A stretch of 64,000 nucleotides of DNA from Alphaproteobacteria bacterium (GCA_016869235.1 VGER01000002.1:7801-71800); one strand, 5' to 3'; shown: positions 45,316 to 57,773, numbered from the stretch's first letter. Program-made: numbers and translations. Notes: generated from the letters alone by a model not told the origin.

Positions 45316-46170
45316 TCAGAGTTGCAAGGCGAGTTCTGCCTCGCTCAGGCCGTAGACGAACATGCCGGCCGCGTTGGCGGCCTCGACGACCTTGCTGCGG
45401 CCCATCACCAGCGTGCCGCCCGCTTCGATGGCGAGGCCGGCCAGCCCTGCCGCGCGCGCACCGGCGATGGTGGCGGGACCGATCACCGGAAGATCCACGC
45501 GGCGCTCCTGGCCGGTCTTCTTCAGCTTGACCAAAACGCCGCCCTGCCCTTCGCGCCTTAGGTCAGCGCATCGCTGCAGGAGAACATCCGTGCCTTCGGC
45601 GGCCTCGACGCCCAGGACGATCCGCTGCTGAACCACCACGGCGTGACCTACGTCTACGTCGCCGAGGGCGTGTGCGACGGCAATTCCGCGCTCAATGTCG
45701 GCGCGATGGGACGCTTGCGGAGCATGCGCGCCCAACGGACCGGAGGGTGCAACCAGATCCTGCAGCAGGTCGTCGGGCCCAAGAACGCGGAAGCCTTCGC
45801 TCTCCAGCTCGTTGACCAGCACACGCAGCACGGCGTCGTCTCCGCCCGCCGCCGCGACCTTGGCAAGCACCAGCAACCCGCGGGCGTCCGGCCGCAGGGA
45901 CGAAAGAGCCGGCCGGCGCAGCCGGCCGGCGAACACCACTGCCTGACAGGCGGCGTCGCGCAGATGCTTGAACGTCTTGCCGACCGCCGCAAGGTCCACC
46001 CACGCATGCCGCGTGCCCGTCACGACCCCGGGGTCGGTGAAGCCATTGAAGGCGATAATGAACGGCTCGCGGCCGCCCGCGCGGCACGCCTCGATCAGCA
46101 GGCCGGGGAGCTCGCCGCTGCCAGCGAGGATACCGACGGTCTGCGCGCTCAGCGCGGAAGCGACCGGCAC
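45316..46170 (-). CDS. lpxI: UDP-2,3-diacylglucosamine pyrophosphatase LpxI (DUF1009)
   Basis: GILAGSGELP ... EAAEGTD ... located between lpxA and lpxB as in other Alphaproteobacteria. GTG start. Confidence 0.85.
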   Translation of the reverse strand: MPVASALSAQTVGILAGSGELPGLLIEACRAGGREPFIIAFNGFTDPGVVTGTRHAWVDLAAVGKTFKHLRDAACQAVVFAGRLRRPALSSLRPDARGLLVLAKVAAAGGDDAVLRVLVNELESEGFRVLGPDDLLQDLVAPSGPLGAHAPQASHRADIERGIAVAHALGDVDVGHAVVVQQRIVLGVEAAEGTDVLLQRCADLRREGQGGVLVKLKKTGQERRVDLPVIGPATIAGARAAGLAGLAIEAGGTLVMGRSKVVEAANAAGMFVYGLSEAELALQL

Positions 46171-46172
46171 CC

Positions 46173-47015
46173 TCAGCCGCCCCGAGCGACCTTGGGCTTA
46201 CACAGCGCTCGGTCGGATTGCGCCTGGATGAACGACAGCACCTCCTCGACCAAGTCGTTGCCACCGAATTTCTCGCGCACGTCCGCCAGCCGCTCCTGGA
46301 AGGTCCCCTCCTCGCCGAAGAGCATGCGGTAGGCTTTCTGGAGGTCGTGGATCGCCTCGCGCTCGAAGCCGCGCCGCTTCAGGCCGACGAGGTTGAGGCC
46401 GGCGAGATGCGCGCGGTCGCCCATCACGGTGCCGAACGGGATCACGTCGGACTCAACGCCCGACATGCCGCCGATCATGGCGTGCGCGCCGATGCACACG
46501 AACTGGTGCACAGCCGACATCCCGCCGATGATGGCGCGGTCGCCGACGCGGACATGGCCCCCCAGCGTAGCGTTGTTGACCAGGATGACGTGGTTGCCGA
46601 CTTGGCAATCATGGGCGACGTGCGCGCCCGCCATGATCAAGCAGTCATCGCCGATGCGCGTGATCATCCCGCCGCCACGCGTTCCCGGGTGGATAGTGAC
46701 GTGCTCGCGAATGCGACAGCGGGACCCGATTACGAGCTCCGAAGGCTCACCATCGTACTTCAAGTCTTGCGGCGCGTGGCCAATGCAGGCGAATGGAAAA
46801 ATCTCCACGCTCGCGCCAATGCGCGTCCTTCCCGCGACAACGACGTGGGAGTGCAGCACAGCATCGGGACCGAGCTCGACCTCGGCGTCTACGCGGCAGA
46901 ACGGTCCGATGCGCGCCCCCGCGCCAATCCGCGCGCCGGCTGCGACCACCGCAGCCGGATGGATTTCGGCGTCGCCGCCGGCCGTCGGACACTCCAACGA
47001 TTGCTGCCTAGCCAT
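46173..47015 (-). CDS. lpxA: Acyl-ACP--UDP-GlcNAc O-acyltransferase
   Basis: Hexapeptide repeats, IHPGT, C-terminal helical domain. Start overlaps the fabZ stop. Confidence 0.93.
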   Translation of the reverse strand: MARQQSLECPTAGGDAEIHPAAVVAAGARIGAGARIGPFCRVDAEVELGPDAVLHSHVVVAGRTRIGASVEIFPFACIGHAPQDLKYDGEPSELVIGSRCRIREHVTIHPGTRGGGMITRIGDDCLIMAGAHVAHDCQVGNHVILVNNATLGGHVRVGDRAIIGGMSAVHQFVCIGAHAMIGGMSGVESDVIPFGTVMGDRAHLAGLNLVGLKRRGFEREAIHDLQKAYRMLFGEEGTFQERLADVREKFGGNDLVEEVLSFIQAQSDRALCKPKVARGG

Positions 47016-47475
47016 CCACCACCATGGCGCTGAAGTTGGCCTCAGCCACGACTTTGTCGTCCACCGTGCACTTACTGTCGAACTTCCACACGTTGCCGCG
47101 GCGATGCGTCCTGTTCACCAGAATGCGCATCGAGTCGCCCGGAACGACCGGCCTGCGAAAACGTGCGTTGTCGATTGCCAGGAAATAGACGAGCTTGCTG
47201 GAGCCCTGCAACTCGCGCTCCGAGTACGCCACCAGGACCGCGGCGGTCTGTGCCATGGCCTCGACAATCATTACACCCGGCATGATCGGCCGCCCCGGGA
47301 AGTGCCCCGCGAAGTGCGGCTCGTTGATCGACACGTTCTTGATGCCGACGGCGCTCTGATCAGGAACCATCTCGACGACCCGATCCACCATCAACATGGG
47401 ATAGCGGTGCGGGATCATCTGCAAGATCTGCAGGATGTCGGCGGTTCCGACCTCGATGCCGGCCGTCTCGTTCAT
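47008..47475 (-). CDS. fabZ: 3-hydroxyacyl-ACP dehydratase FabZ
   Basis: [27 protein letters not shown]. Confidence 0.96.
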   Translation of the reverse strand: MNETAGIEVGTADILQILQMIPHRYPMLMVDRVVEMVPDQSAVGIKNVSINEPHFAGHFPGRPIMPGVMIVEAMAQTAAVLVAYSERELQGSSKLVYFLAIDNARFRRPVVPGDSMRILVNRTHRRGNVWKFDSKCTVDDKVVAEANFSAMVVDG

Positions 47476-48509
47476 GACTCCTCCTGTGCCGGTCCAGCGG
47501 CTTCGGCGCGGGCCAGCCTGGCGATTGAGGCAGTTTGCCGGTGCCAGGCACGAATGGGAACCGCCGGGTAGCCGCCCACCTTCTCGCCAGGTCCTACGTC
47601 CCGAATCACGCCGCTGCCCCCGGCAATCTGCGCGCCGGCGCCGATGCGGAGGTGTCCCGCGATCCCGACCTGGCCGCCGATGGCGACGAAGTCCCCGACC
47701 ACGGTGCTGCCCGCGATGCCCGACAGCCCGGCAACAATGCAGCCTCGGCCGAGTTGGACGTTGTGACCTATATGCACGAGGTTGTCGATCCAGCAGCCCG
47801 CCCCGACCACAGTATCGGGTCCGGAGCCGCGGTCGATCGTGGTATTGGCGCCGATCTCGCAGCCGTCGCCGATCATCACCCGCCCCAGCTGCGGAACACG
47901 AACGTGGCCCTTGGCGTCGGGGACAAAACCGAACCCATCCTGGCCGATCCGCGCGCCCGGATAGATGTTCACACGGGCGCCGATCACCGCATGACTGATG
48001 CTGGCGTTGGCACCGACCCGTGTTCCAGCGCCCAGCACCACGCCCCGGCCGATGCTCGCGCCGGAGCCAAGAAAACAGCCTTCGCCGATCTCGGCGTTGT
48101 CGCGGACGACGACCCCCGGCTCGATCGCGCAGCGCGCACCGATCCTGGCCTGCTTGGTGATGTGAGAGGCCGCCGCGATGCCCGGCTCGAGGGACGGCTC
48201 CGGGAACAGCATCGCCGCGGCAAGCGCAAACGTCCGGTGCGGATTGTCGCTGAGCAGCAGCACCGCCCCGTGGGGAGCCAAGGCACGGCTCTTGGGCCGC
48301 AGGGCAATCGCACCGGCGCGTGTGAGGCCGACATGATCGCGATAGCGCGGATCATCGAAGAAGGTCAGGTCTTCCGGGCCTGCAGCCTCAAGCGGCGCCA
48401 CCGCGGCGATGCGAAGCTTCGCGTCGCCGACCAGATCGGCGCCGGTGCGCTCCGCCAGATCGGCCGCGGTGAAAGGGCCGCTCGCGGTAAAGAACCGCGG
48501 ATCGGGCAT
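47472..48509 (-). CDS. lpxD: UDP-3-O-acylglucosamine N-acyltransferase
   Basis: Hexapeptide repeat protein with the LpxD N-terminal domain. ATGA overlap with fabZ. Confidence 0.93.
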   Translation of the reverse strand: MPDPRFFTASGPFTAADLAERTGADLVGDAKLRIAAVAPLEAAGPEDLTFFDDPRYRDHVGLTRAGAIALRPKSRALAPHGAVLLLSDNPHRTFALAAAMLFPEPSLEPGIAAASHITKQARIGARCAIEPGVVVRDNAEIGEGCFLGSGASIGRGVVLGAGTRVGANASISHAVIGARVNIYPGARIGQDGFGFVPDAKGHVRVPQLGRVMIGDGCEIGANTTIDRGSGPDTVVGAGCWIDNLVHIGHNVQLGRGCIVAGLSGIAGSTVVGDFVAIGGQVGIAGHLRIGAGAQIAGGSGVIRDVGPGEKVGGYPAVPIRAWHRQTASIARLARAEAAGPAQEES

Positions 48510-49183
48510 TACCGCCCTTCGGGCGGCAGCGTCACCGCAACCGTCGGGAGGCGCTGGTCAACGCGTGCCAACGCGTCCGCCGTCAGATCGAGGCCGGGGG
48601 CAGGAACCAGCACGACGTTGCGGTCGAGCACCATGTTGAAGCCGCGCTCGCGCTGCAAGTCGCCCAGCGTCGTGACGATCGCGGCCGTCACTTTGCTCAT
48701 CGCCTCGTTGAACAGGCGATCCAGGGTGCGATTGCGTTCCTCGACCAAGCGCTGGGCGCGGTCCACTGCGGTCTCGAACTCGCGGCGACGTTGTGCTAAC
48801 GCCTCCGGAGCAAGAATGGCTTGCTGCCGCTGCAACTCTTGCTCGCGGGCACGCAGTTGGTCCTCGAGTTTGCTGATCTCGACCGAGTAGACCTCTTGGA
48901 TCGCCGCCATCTGGCGCTGAATGTCCTTGGCCGCCAGCGAATTGGCGCGCACTTGCGCCACGTCGACGATAGCGATGACGGCGGGCGGAAGTGGCGTGGC
49001 GGCCGTCGCCGGCGGAGTGGCCTTGGGCGTCACCTGCGGCGCGGGCGCGGGCGCCTTCGGCGCCACCTGTGGCGCCGGCGCCGGGGCGGTGGTCTTGGGC
49101 GCGGCCTGTGCCCATGCGTCCGGCGCCATTGCATTGGATGCAATGAGCACGGCGGCCAGCAACACCAATACGCGAACCATCAT
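48509..49183 (-). CDS. skp: OmpH/Skp periplasmic chaperone with P/A-rich tandem repeat after the signal peptide
   Basis: Signal peptide, APAPQV(A/T)PKA x2, then the coiled-coil OmpH domain. TAATG overlap with lpxD. Confidence 0.85.
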   Translation of the reverse strand: MMVRVLVLLAAVLIASNAMAPDAWAQAAPKTTAPAPAPQVAPKAPAPAPQVTPKATPPATAATPLPPAVIAIVDVAQVRANSLAAKDIQRQMAAIQEVYSVEISKLEDQLRAREQELQRQQAILAPEALAQRRREFETAVDRAQRLVEERNRTLDRLFNEAMSKVTAAIVTTLGDLQRERGFNMVLDRNVVLVPAPGLDLTADALARVDQRLPTVAVTLPPEGR

Positions 49184-49201
49184 GCGATCCTTTGTTGAAG
49201 A

Positions 49202-51520
49202 CTAGAAGCGGCCGCCGATGCTGAAGCGGAAGCTCTCGGTCCGGTCGAACTCCTCCGTCTTGAGCGGCCGGGCGAACTCGAACCGGATCTGTCCGATCGG
49301 CGACATCCACGAAAGACCGGCGCCGTAGGTCACGCGCGGACTGGTGCTATCGAGAATGCCGCTGTCACCGGGCGGAATGCCGGGCCCCCACAACGCCCCA
49401 ATCTCGGAGAAGACGAAGCCGCGAACGCCAAGGTCCTTGGGTAAGCCGACGGGAAAGCCCACCTCACCAGACATGACATAGTAGGCCCTGCCGCCGAGCG
49501 AATCGAGGGTATCCGCATCGCGCGGACCGATTCCCGAGTTGCGGAAGCCGCGGAAGCTATCGCCACCGATGAAGAAGCGGTCGGCAATGCTCAGGCTTTT
49601 GCCCAACCCCACGACGTGGCCGACGTTGAGGCTGAGCGTGCCAACCCAGTCCTCAGGCCACAGCGGCGTGTAGTACTCGGCGCCCGCAGTCGTGCGCAGG
49701 TAGCGCGCGTCGCCGCCCAACCCCGCCAACTCCTGATTGATCCGCAAGGCGTAACCTTCGGTAGGAAAGGCGACGTCGTTGCGGCGATCGTAAAGCAGCG
49801 AGTAGCTGATCGCGGAGACAACACGCGAACCCTCCTGCTCGCGGACATACCAAGAGGCGACCTGTCCGAGGCTTTTGAGCCCGACTTGGCGCAAGGTGTA
49901 GCGGAGATTCGACGTCAGATACTCGGTCAGCCGCACCCCGCCACGCAGCGAAAAACCTTGGGTAGACATCTCGTATGAAGACGTGCTGCGCAAATCGGTA
50001 GTCCGCGAGAAAACATCAAAGCCAGCGGAAACTCCGGTACCCAAGAAAGACGGCTGCGTGAACGAAAGGTCGAGCTCCTGCCGGCGCGTCGCGTATGTTA
50101 CGCCCAACCGCAGCTGCAGGCCGCGGCCGAGGAGATTGCGCTCCGATAGGCTGACATCCGCCACGAACTGATCCGTCGTCGAATACCCGACGCCGAAGAT
50201 GAGCTCGCCGGTGGCCCGCTCCCGCACCGTCATGTTGAGGTCGACGCGGTCGCCGGGCCCGACTCCCTGCAGTTCTGGCTGCAGGACAGTTTGCGCCGGC
50301 CGCTGCGAGAGCTGCACGTCGTCGAAGTAGCCGAGTGCCCGCACCCGCTGCAGCGAGCGCTGCACCTTGGCGGTATTGAACGCATCGCCCTCGGAAATAC
50401 GGAACTCGCGGCGGATCACCGAATCGAGCGTACGGACGTTGCCGGCGATGTTGATGCGGTCCACGTAGACGCGCCGACCCTCAGCGATCTCGTACACGAT
50501 GCCGATGGTGCGATCCTCGGCATTGCGGGTAATGCGCGGGAGTATATCGACAAACGCGTAGCCGAACCTTCCCGCCTCGAACGTCATGTTGAGGATCGAA
50601 TCCTCGACCGTCGTTGCGTTGAACACATCGCCCTTCTTCGTTCCCACGAAGCTGCGCAATGCGCTGGGGTCGAGTTCGGGAATGCGCGAGACGACGTCGA
50701 TGTCGCCGAAACGGTATCGCGCCCCCTCCTCGACGGTGAACGTCAGGAAGAAATCACGGCCGTCCGGCGTGAGTTGCGCGACCGCCGAAGCGACGGCGAA
50801 GTCGGCGTAGCCACGCGCGTTGTAGTACCGGCGCAACTGCTCCTGGTCGAAGGCGACGCGATCGGGGTCGTAGGTGTCGTCGGTGGTCAGGAAGCGCCAC
50901 CAGCGCGCCTCTTTGGTCTGGATGGCGCCGCGCAGCTGGTTGTCGCTGAACGCCGTGTTGCCGATGAAGCGGATGCGGCGGATGCCGGTAAGCGGACCTT
51001 CGTTGATCTCGAATACGAGATCGACACGGTTCTGCGGCAGCTGAATGACCTTCGGCTCGATGCTCGCCGCGAAGCGGCCATTGCGATGGTAAACCTGCAA
51101 CAGCCGCTGGACGTCGGCCTGGACTCGGCTGCGGGTGAACACGACGCGGGGCCGCAACTGAACCTCGGGCTCGAGGATCTCGTCGCGTACCGCGCGATTG
51201 CCTTCGAATGCGATCCGGTTGATAACGGGGTTCTCGACTACGCGCAACACCAGGGCGTCGCCCTGGCGCACGATCGACACGTCGGCAAAGAGGTTGGTGG
51301 CGAAGAGGTTCTTGAGCGAGTTGTCGACGCGCAACGCGTCCGCGAGTTCGCCCGGACGAATTTCCAGATAGGAGAGAATCGTCTCGCGCTCGATGCGTTG
51401 ATTGCCCTCAATGCGAATCTCGCTGATCGGGGGCTGCACCGCAGGAACCTGCGCCGACGCGTTGCCGGCGGCGCACATGAGCGCGAGGCAGACGCCAAGA
51501 ATGCGCAGCCAGTGCGTCAC
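49202..51520 (-). CDS. bamA: Outer membrane protein assembly factor BamA
   Basis: 772 aa, GTG start, signal peptide, POTRA repeats, C-terminal beta-barrel ending FRFSIGGRF. Confidence 0.95.
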   Translation of the reverse strand: MTHWLRILGVCLALMCAAGNASAQVPAVQPPISEIRIEGNQRIERETILSYLEIRPGELADALRVDNSLKNLFATNLFADVSIVRQGDALVLRVVENPVINRIAFEGNRAVRDEILEPEVQLRPRVVFTRSRVQADVQRLLQVYHRNGRFAASIEPKVIQLPQNRVDLVFEINEGPLTGIRRIRFIGNTAFSDNQLRGAIQTKEARWWRFLTTDDTYDPDRVAFDQEQLRRYYNARGYADFAVASAVAQLTPDGRDFFLTFTVEEGARYRFGDIDVVSRIPELDPSALRSFVGTKKGDVFNATTVEDSILNMTFEAGRFGYAFVDILPRITRNAEDRTIGIVYEIAEGRRVYVDRINIAGNVRTLDSVIRREFRISEGDAFNTAKVQRSLQRVRALGYFDDVQLSQRPAQTVLQPELQGVGPGDRVDLNMTVRERATGELIFGVGYSTTDQFVADVSLSERNLLGRGLQLRLGVTYATRRQELDLSFTQPSFLGTGVSAGFDVFSRTTDLRSTSSYEMSTQGFSLRGGVRLTEYLTSNLRYTLRQVGLKSLGQVASWYVREQEGSRVVSAISYSLLYDRRNDVAFPTEGYALRINQELAGLGGDARYLRTTAGAEYYTPLWPEDWVGTLSLNVGHVVGLGKSLSIADRFFIGGDSFRGFRNSGIGPRDADTLDSLGGRAYYVMSGEVGFPVGLPKDLGVRGFVFSEIGALWGPGIPPGDSGILDSTSPRVTYGAGLSWMSPIGQIRFEFARPLKTEEFDRTESFRFSIGGRF

Positions 51521-51550
51521 GTTCCCCCTTCCCCCGTCACCCAGCCGCTA

Positions 51551-52663
51551 CTAGAAGAGCCCGCGCACCTTGCCGACGACGTCGAGCTGCACGAAATCGT
51601 TCCAGGTAGCGAACACCATCAGCATGAGCACCAATGCCAACCCCAGGCGGAACCCGTACTCCTGCGCGCGCGGCCCCAATGGCCGTCCCCGCACGGCCTC
51701 GAAGGCGTAGAACAACAGGTGGCCACCGTCCAGTAGCGGCACCGGGAAGAGGTTGATCAGACCAAGGCTGATCGACAACAAGGCCATAAGCTCGAGAACC
51801 GGGCCGAAGCCGATCTGGGCCACCTCGCCGGACAGCTGAGCAATGCCGACGGGACCGCGCAGGTCGTCCGTCGGCGCGGTGCCCGCGATCATGCGGCCAA
51901 CGGTGACGAGCGTCTGCTTCGTCACGAACCAGGTCTGGCCGGCGGCGTACCAAAGAGCTTCGGCTGGGTTGCGGCGAATCTGCTCGAACCCGGCGCTGCG
52001 CACGCCGAGATACCCGACCTGGCGTTCCTTGCCGTTGCGGTCGGTGAGGGTCCGCGTGCCGGGAGCAGCTCGCAGCGTCATGCGCTCGCCATCGCGCAAC
52101 ACGACGAAGTCCATCGTGCGGCCGGGATTGGCGAGAACCAGTTGCATCAGGTCCTCGAACCGCTGTACGGCGAAGCCGTCGATTTCCACGAAGCGATCGC
52201 CGCCGCGGAAGCCTGCCTGGGCAGCGACCGTATCGGGCTGCACCTCGGCGATTACCGGCGTCGTGAAGGGCTGCCCTACCGTCGCGTAGATCCCCGCGAA
52301 CAGGAGAATTGCGAACACGAAGTTGGCCGCCGGGCCCGCCACGACAACGGCAGCACGACTGCCGAGCGGCTTGTGATGAAAGGACACCTCGCGTTCGGCC
52401 GGCGTCATCGCCCGAGCCGGCCCCGCGGACGAGACTCCACTATCCCCGAAGAACTTCACGTAGCCGCCGAGCGGCACCCAGCTGATCTTCCAGCGCGTCC
52501 CCGTGCGATCCGTCCAACCGACGATCTCCTGGCCGAAGCCGATAGAGAACGTCTCGACCTTCACGCCCCGCCAGCGCGCCACCAGGTAATGTCCCATCTC
52601 GTGAACGAACACGAGCACCGTAAGAACGACCAGGAACGCGGCCACCGACGTAAGAATGGTCAT
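51551..52663 (-). CDS. rseP: RIP site-2 zinc metalloprotease RseP
   Basis: HEMGHYLVAR HExxH, PDZ domain, NLFPVPLLDGGH. Confidence 0.94.
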   Translation of the reverse strand: MTILTSVAAFLVVLTVLVFVHEMGHYLVARWRGVKVETFSIGFGQEIVGWTDRTGTRWKISWVPLGGYVKFFGDSGVSSAGPARAMTPAEREVSFHHKPLGSRAAVVVAGPAANFVFAILLFAGIYATVGQPFTTPVIAEVQPDTVAAQAGFRGGDRFVEIDGFAVQRFEDLMQLVLANPGRTMDFVVLRDGERMTLRAAPGTRTLTDRNGKERQVGYLGVRSAGFEQIRRNPAEALWYAAGQTWFVTKQTLVTVGRMIAGTAPTDDLRGPVGIAQLSGEVAQIGFGPVLELMALLSISLGLINLFPVPLLDGGHLLFYAFEAVRGRPLGPRAQEYGFRLGLALVLMLMVFATWNDFVQLDVVGKVRGLF

Positions 52664-52702
52664 CTACAGCTCAGCTTCCGTTTGCATGGACGCGACGGCG
52701 AA

Positions 52703-53896
52703 TCAGGCCCCCACGAACGCGCGCGCCGCGCGCCGCGCAATGGCATCGACTTCCAGGACGTCGTCCAACGTCGCGAGCGGCGTGTGGTCGGTTGCGGCGA
52801 GGGTTTCCTCGACGGTACGGGCGATGTCGAGAAAGCCGATCCTGCCCGCCATGAACCCTTCGACCGCGACCTCGTTGGCGGCATTAAGGATAGTAGGTGC
52901 GGCCCTCCCGCCTTGCAAGGCTTGGCGGGCCAAACGCAGCGCGGGAAAGCGGCTTTCGTCGGGCAGAAAGAACGTCAGGCCGCCCAGGGCCGCAAGGTCG
53001 AGCCGGCGCGCCGGGAACGACAGCCGCTCCGGCCACGCTAGGGTGTACGCGATGGGCGTGCGCATGTCGGGCGCGCCGAGCTGCGCCAGCACTGATCCAT
53101 CCACGTACGCAACGAGGCTGTGCACGACCGATTGCGGGTGCAGCAACACCTCGATCTTCGGCTCGGGCATGCCGAACAGGTGGTGCGCCTCGATCAACTC
53201 GAGGCCCTTGTTCATCATCGTGGCGGAGTCGATCGAGATCTTGCGTCCCATCACCCAATTGGGGTGAGCGACGGCCTGGGCCGGAGTCACCGCAGCCATG
53301 CGCTTGACGTCGAACTCGCGGAACGGTCCACCCGACGCGGTCAGGATGATGCGGTCCACGGCGTCGCGATTACGCGACTCGAACACCTGGAAGATGGCAT
53401 TGTGTTCCGAGTCCACGGGAAGGAGCGTCGCGCCATGCGCAGCGACCTCCGCCATGACGATGTCGCCGGCACACACCAGGACTTCCTTGTTGGCGAGCGC
53501 GACGATGGCGCCGCGACGGATCGCCGCCAGGGTCGGCGCCAGCCCGGCGGCCCCGACGATCGCCGCCATCACCCAATCAGCCGGGCGTGACGCCGCCTCG
53601 ACGAGGGCGCGCGGCCCCGCACCGACCTCGATCCCCGTGCCGGCAAGCGCCTCCTTGAGCTGGCCGAGGCATTCCTCGGCCGCGAGGGCAACGAACTTGG
53701 GCTGCAGGAGTCGCGCCTGCTCGACCAGCAGAGCGATGTTGTTGTTGGCGGTCAGCGCCTCGACGATGTAACCGCCGCGCGCCAGCAAGCTGACGGTGCT
53801 GGTGCCGACCGAGCCGGTGGAGCCCAGAATGGAGACGCTGCGGGGCCGCACGGCGGGGCGCGGCTGCTCGCCCGGACGAAGTGCCGCTACAGCCAT
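52703..53896 (-). CDS. dxr: 1-deoxy-D-xylulose 5-phosphate reductoisomerase
   Basis: Real start MAVAALRPG.. at 53896. [24 protein letters not shown]. Confidence 0.94.
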   Translation of the reverse strand: MAVAALRPGEQPRPAVRPRSVSILGSTGSVGTSTVSLLARGGYIVEALTANNNIALLVEQARLLQPKFVALAAEECLGQLKEALAGTGIEVGAGPRALVEAASRPADWVMAAIVGAAGLAPTLAAIRRGAIVALANKEVLVCAGDIVMAEVAAHGATLLPVDSEHNAIFQVFESRNRDAVDRIILTASGGPFREFDVKRMAAVTPAQAVAHPNWVMGRKISIDSATMMNKGLELIEAHHLFGMPEPKIEVLLHPQSVVHSLVAYVDGSVLAQLGAPDMRTPIAYTLAWPERLSFPARRLDLAALGGLTFFLPDESRFPALRLARQALQGGRAAPTILNAANEVAVEGFMAGRIGFLDIARTVEETLAATDHTPLATLDDVLEVDAIARRAARAFVGA

Positions 53897-54702
53897 AGCG
53901 CCAACGCGATCGCGAGCAGGGGCAGCGTGGCGAGCGTGCTGTCGAGCCGATCGATGATGCCGCCATGGCCGGGGATGAGGTTGCCCGAATCCTTGACGCC
54001 AAAGTGTCGCTTCACCTTTGACTTTCCCAAGTCGCCGATCTGCCCGACAAGCGAGACGAGTGCGCCAAGCGCCGCAACCAGCCATAGGGGCTCAAGGTCC
54101 GCGAGTCTCGCCACGATGAGCGCGGCAAGGATCGCGGCAAGGATGCCGCCGATGAGCCCGGCCCAGGTCTTGCCGGGACTGATGGTCGGGGCAAGCTTCG
54201 GTCCGCCAATGGTGCGCCCGGCGAAGTATGCGCCGGTGTCGGTGGACCAGATCACCGCGAATAGGCCGAGGATTGCCAGCCGACCCCACTCGTGGTCGCT
54301 GCGAATCCAGACCGCGGCAATGGTGGGGATGGCAATGTACAGAAGGCCACCCGTCAGCCATCGGACATCGCGGCCACGGCCGCGCGCCAGCATGGCGCCG
54401 ACAACGGCGGTCGCCACCACGAGCAGTACTGCCGCTCCGATTCGCCCGGTGCCAGTCAGTACGGCGGCCCCGGTGACAGCCGCCGCGTGCATGCTGCCGT
54501 AAGGGCCGTACAGGGGACCGCCGCACAACCGATCCCACTCGAAGGCCATCAGCGTACCCAAGGCGGCAATCAGAACGGTGAAGGTCCATCCGCCGGCGAC
54601 GGCGCCGAAGGTGGCGACGACCGCCAGCACGAAGCCCGAGATTAGCCGGGCCACCAGCGTCTCGGAGCGGACCGCCAGAGCCTCCTGCGGCGCGCTAGCC
54701 AT
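53887..54702 (-). CDS. cdsA: Phosphatidate cytidylyltransferase
   Basis: Real start MASAPQEAL at 54702 (overlaps the uppS stop). [19 protein letters not shown] signature. Confidence 0.92.
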   Translation of the reverse strand: MASAPQEALAVRSETLVARLISGFVLAVVATFGAVAGGWTFTVLIAALGTLMAFEWDRLCGGPLYGPYGSMHAAAVTGAAVLTGTGRIGAAVLLVVATAVVGAMLARGRGRDVRWLTGGLLYIAIPTIAAVWIRSDHEWGRLAILGLFAVIWSTDTGAYFAGRTIGGPKLAPTISPGKTWAGLIGGILAAILAALIVARLADLEPLWLVAALGALVSLVGQIGDLGKSKVKRHFGVKDSGNLIPGHGGIIDRLDSTLATLPLLAIALALWL

Positions 54703-55441
54703 TGGTGGTACCGAAGCGGCGGTCGCGGCGATGGAACTCGGCGATGGCCGTCTCGAGGTTCTCGCGGCTGAAGTCGGGCCAGTAGGTGTCCAGGAACACA
54801 AGCTCAGAGTATGCCGCCTGCCACAGCAGGAAGTTCGACAGGCGCTGCTCTCCGCTGGTGCGAATCAGCAGGTCGGGGTCGGGGATATCGGACGTGGAGA
54901 GCCGTTCCGCGAACGTGTTCTCGTCGATGTCCGACGGTTTCAGCACTCCGTTCGCGACGTCCTGCGCGAGCGAACGTGCCGCCTGCACGATCTCCTCGTG
55001 GCTGCCGTAGTTGAGCGCCACCACCAGGGTAAGGCCGCTGTTGTGCTGCGTGCGTGCCTCGGCATGCTCGATCTCGCTGATGATGTCCGGCGCCAGGCGT
55101 TCGCGCGAGCCGATGAAGCGCAGGCGCACGTCCTGCTCGGTGAGGTCGCTGACCTCGCGCCGCAGGTAGTACCGCAGCAGGGCCATCAGGTCGTCCACCT
55201 CGGACGCTGGGCGCTTCCAGTTTTCGGACGAGAACGCGTAGAGCGTCAGAAACTTCACGCCGAGCTCGCGGCACGTGCGCACCGCGATGCGCGCCGCTTC
55301 GGCGCCACGTTGATGGCCAGCCACGCGCGGCAAGCCGCGCGCTTTCGCCCAGCGCCCGTTGCCATCCATGATGATGGCAATGTGCGCCGGCGGACGCGGC
55401 GCCTGCGAGCTGCTGACGACGGCCTCCCTCATGGCGCTCAA
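54695..55441 (-). CDS. uppS: Isoprenyl transferase (undecaprenyl diphosphate synthase)
   Basis: [28 protein letters not shown]. Confidence 0.95.
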   Translation of the reverse strand: MSAMREAVVSSSQAPRPPAHIAIIMDGNGRWAKARGLPRVAGHQRGAEAARIAVRTCRELGVKFLTLYAFSSENWKRPASEVDDLMALLRYYLRREVSDLTEQDVRLRFIGSRERLAPDIISEIEHAEARTQHNSGLTLVVALNYGSHEEIVQAARSLAQDVANGVLKPSDIDENTFAERLSTSDIPDPDLLIRTSGEQRLSNFLLWQAAYSELVFLDTYWPDFSRENLETAIAEFHRRDRRFGTTNG

Positions 55442-55998
55442 ACCTGCATGATCTCGCGCTCCTTGGTGGCGAGCGCCTCGTCGATCCTGCCGATCACCGC
55501 GTCGGTTTCCTTCTGCACCTGATCCGAGAAGCGGCGATGCTCGTCCTGCGAAATCTCATGCGACTTCTCGAGCGCCTTGAGCTTGTCCATGCCGTCGCGG
55601 CGCACGTTACGCACCGCAATGCGGTGCTGCTCCGCATACTTGTGCGCAATCTTGGTAAGATCGCGGCGGCGCTCCTCGGTGAGATCCGGAATCGGGATGC
55701 GGAGATTCTGGCCTTCGACGACCGGGTTGAGCCCGAGTTCGGCGGCACGGATCGCCTTCTCCACGGCAGTGACGTTGGACCGGTCCCATACCTGCACTGA
55801 CAGCATCCGAGGCTCCGGTACGGAGATGTTGGCAACCGTCTTGAGCGGTACGGTGTTGCCGTAGGCCACCACCATCACCGGATCCAAGAGGCTTGCCGAG
55901 GCGCGGCCGGTGCGCAATCCGGCGAATTCCTTCTTCAGGTCGTCGACGGCCGCGTTCATGCGCCGCTTGATGCCATCAAAGTCGAACTTGCCTGCCAT
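55438..55998 (-). CDS. frr: Ribosome recycling factor
   Basis: 186 aa. [19 protein letters not shown]. Confidence 0.96.
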   Translation of the reverse strand: MAGKFDFDGIKRRMNAAVDDLKKEFAGLRTGRASASLLDPVMVVAYGNTVPLKTVANISVPEPRMLSVQVWDRSNVTAVEKAIRAAELGLNPVVEGQNLRIPIPDLTEERRRDLTKIAHKYAEQHRIAVRNVRRDGMDKLKALEKSHEISQDEHRRFSDQVQKETDAVIGRIDEALATKEREIMQV

Positions 55999-56001
55999 GG
56001 T

Positions 56002-56769
56002 TCACGCTCCCCGGGCTGCACTCGCTTCGGTAATCGTGGTCCAGCGTCCTTTCCCGGCCAGTACGTCCGCGAATGCGCCCGCCTCGTGGATGGAGAACAC
56101 CAGGATGGGAATCTGATTCTCGCGGGCCAGCGAAATGGCCGAAGCGTCCATGACCTTGAGGTCGTTGGACAGCACGTCCATGTAGTCGAGGGTATCATAC
56201 CTGCGCGCGCTCGCGTCCTTGCGCGGGTCGGCGGAATAGACGCCATCCACCTGGGTGCCCTTGAGCAGCGCGTCGCAATTCATCTCCGCTGCCCGCAAGG
56301 CCGCCGCCGAGTCGGTCGTGAAGAATGGATTGCCGGTGCCGCCGGCGAAGATGACCACGCGCCCCTTCTCCAGGTGCCGCAATGCGCGGCGGCGGATGTA
56401 CGGCTCGCACACCGACGCCATCGGAATCGCCGACAGCACCCGCGTCGCAACGCCGAGCGTCTCGAGCGTGCTCTGCATAGCGAGCGCGTTGATGACGGTT
56501 GCCAGCATGCCCATGTAGTCGGCACCCGCGCGCTCCATGCCAGCGCGCGCCGCGGCGGAGCCGCGCACGATGTTGCCGCCGCCGATCACGGCGCAGACCT
56601 GCACACCCGTCGCGTGAACCGCCTTGATGTCGCTGGCGATGCGGGTGACGACGGCGTAGTCGATGCCCTGCCCGTTCGATCCGGCCAGCGCTTCCCCGGA
56701 CAGCTTGAGCAGCACGCGGAGATACGACTTCGCCGGCAACTTGGTATCGGCTTTCGCGACGGACGCCAT
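56002..56769 (-). CDS. pyrH: UMP kinase
   Basis: [28 protein letters not shown] 56769; alternative GTG 56778. Confidence 0.95.
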   Translation of the reverse strand: MASVAKADTKLPAKSYLRVLLKLSGEALAGSNGQGIDYAVVTRIASDIKAVHATGVQVCAVIGGGNIVRGSAAARAGMERAGADYMGMLATVINALAMQSTLETLGVATRVLSAIPMASVCEPYIRRRALRHLEKGRVVIFAGGTGNPFFTTDSAAALRAAEMNCDALLKGTQVDGVYSADPRKDASARRYDTLDYMDVLSNDLKVMDASAISLARENQIPILVFSIHEAGAFADVLAGKGRWTTITEASAARGA

Positions 56770-56792
56770 CGCCGCCACCTGCGCCGCGCCGC

Positions 56793-57719
56793 CTAGTGCT
56801 TGGTAGCCGCGGCTACTTCGGCGGCAAAATCTTCCTGCTTCTTCTCGATGCCCTCACCGAGGGCGAATCGCACGAAGCCGGTCACTTTCACCGGGGCGCC
56901 CGCGGCCTTCGCCGCGTCCTCGATCACCTTGCTGATCTTCGTTTCGTTGTCCATGACGGACAGCTGTTCGAGCAGTACCACTTCGCCGTAGTACTTGCGC
57001 AGCCGTCCCTCGACCATCTTGGCGACGATCTCGGCCGGCTTGCCGGAGGCTTTGGCCTGCTCTTCGAAGACCGATTTCTCGCGGGCCACGAGATTCTTGT
57101 CGAGCGACCCGGGAGTCACCGCCTGGGGGTTGGCAGCGGCAACGTGCATGGCGATCTGCTTACCGAGGCCGGCGAGCTTGTCGGGCGGCGCGGACGACTC
57201 CAGGCCGACCAGGACCGCAATCTTGCCGAGGTCGGGCTTCACCGCGTTGTGCACGTAGGAAAAGACGGTGCCCTGCTTGACCGAGAGTCCGGCCGCACGC
57301 CGGAACTGGATGTTCTCGCCGATGGTGGCGATCGCGTCCACCACCGCGTCCTTCACTGACTTCTGCGAGCCGGTCAGCTTGGCGGCCGAGGTCTTGTCGA
57401 AGTCACCACCGTTGGCGAGCGCCACGCCGGCGACCGCCTTCACGAGATCCTGGAACTTGTCGTTGCGCGCAACGAAGTCGGTCTCCGAGTTCACCTCGAT
57501 GACTGCACCCTGGGCGCCCTTCACCGCCACCGCGACGAGTCCATCGGCAGCGACGCGGCCCGCCTTCTTAGCCGCCGCCGCAAGCCCCTTCGAACGCAGC
57601 CAGTCGGCTGCCTTCTCCATGTCGCCATTGGTTTCGACCAGCGCGCGCTTGGCATCCATCATGCCCGCACCGGTGCGCTCGCGCAGTTCCTTGACCTTGG
57701 CGGCGTCGATGTCGCTCAC
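56793..57719 (-). CDS. tsf: Elongation factor Ts
   Basis: [24 protein letters not shown] start preceded by AAGGA. Confidence 0.96.
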   Translation of the reverse strand: MSDIDAAKVKELRERTGAGMMDAKRALVETNGDMEKAADWLRSKGLAAAAKKAGRVAADGLVAVAVKGAQGAVIEVNSETDFVARNDKFQDLVKAVAGVALANGGDFDKTSAAKLTGSQKSVKDAVVDAIATIGENIQFRRAAGLSVKQGTVFSYVHNAVKPDLGKIAVLVGLESSAPPDKLAGLGKQIAMHVAAANPQAVTPGSLDKNLVAREKSVFEEQAKASGKPAEIVAKMVEGRLRKYYGEVVLLEQLSVMDNETKISKVIEDAAKAAGAPVKVTGFVRFALGEGIEKKQEDFAAEVAAATKH

Positions 57720-57773
57720 GGTATGTCCTTTCTAATCGGCGGTGCAGGCGGAGCGCGATGCGCCCCCGACGGA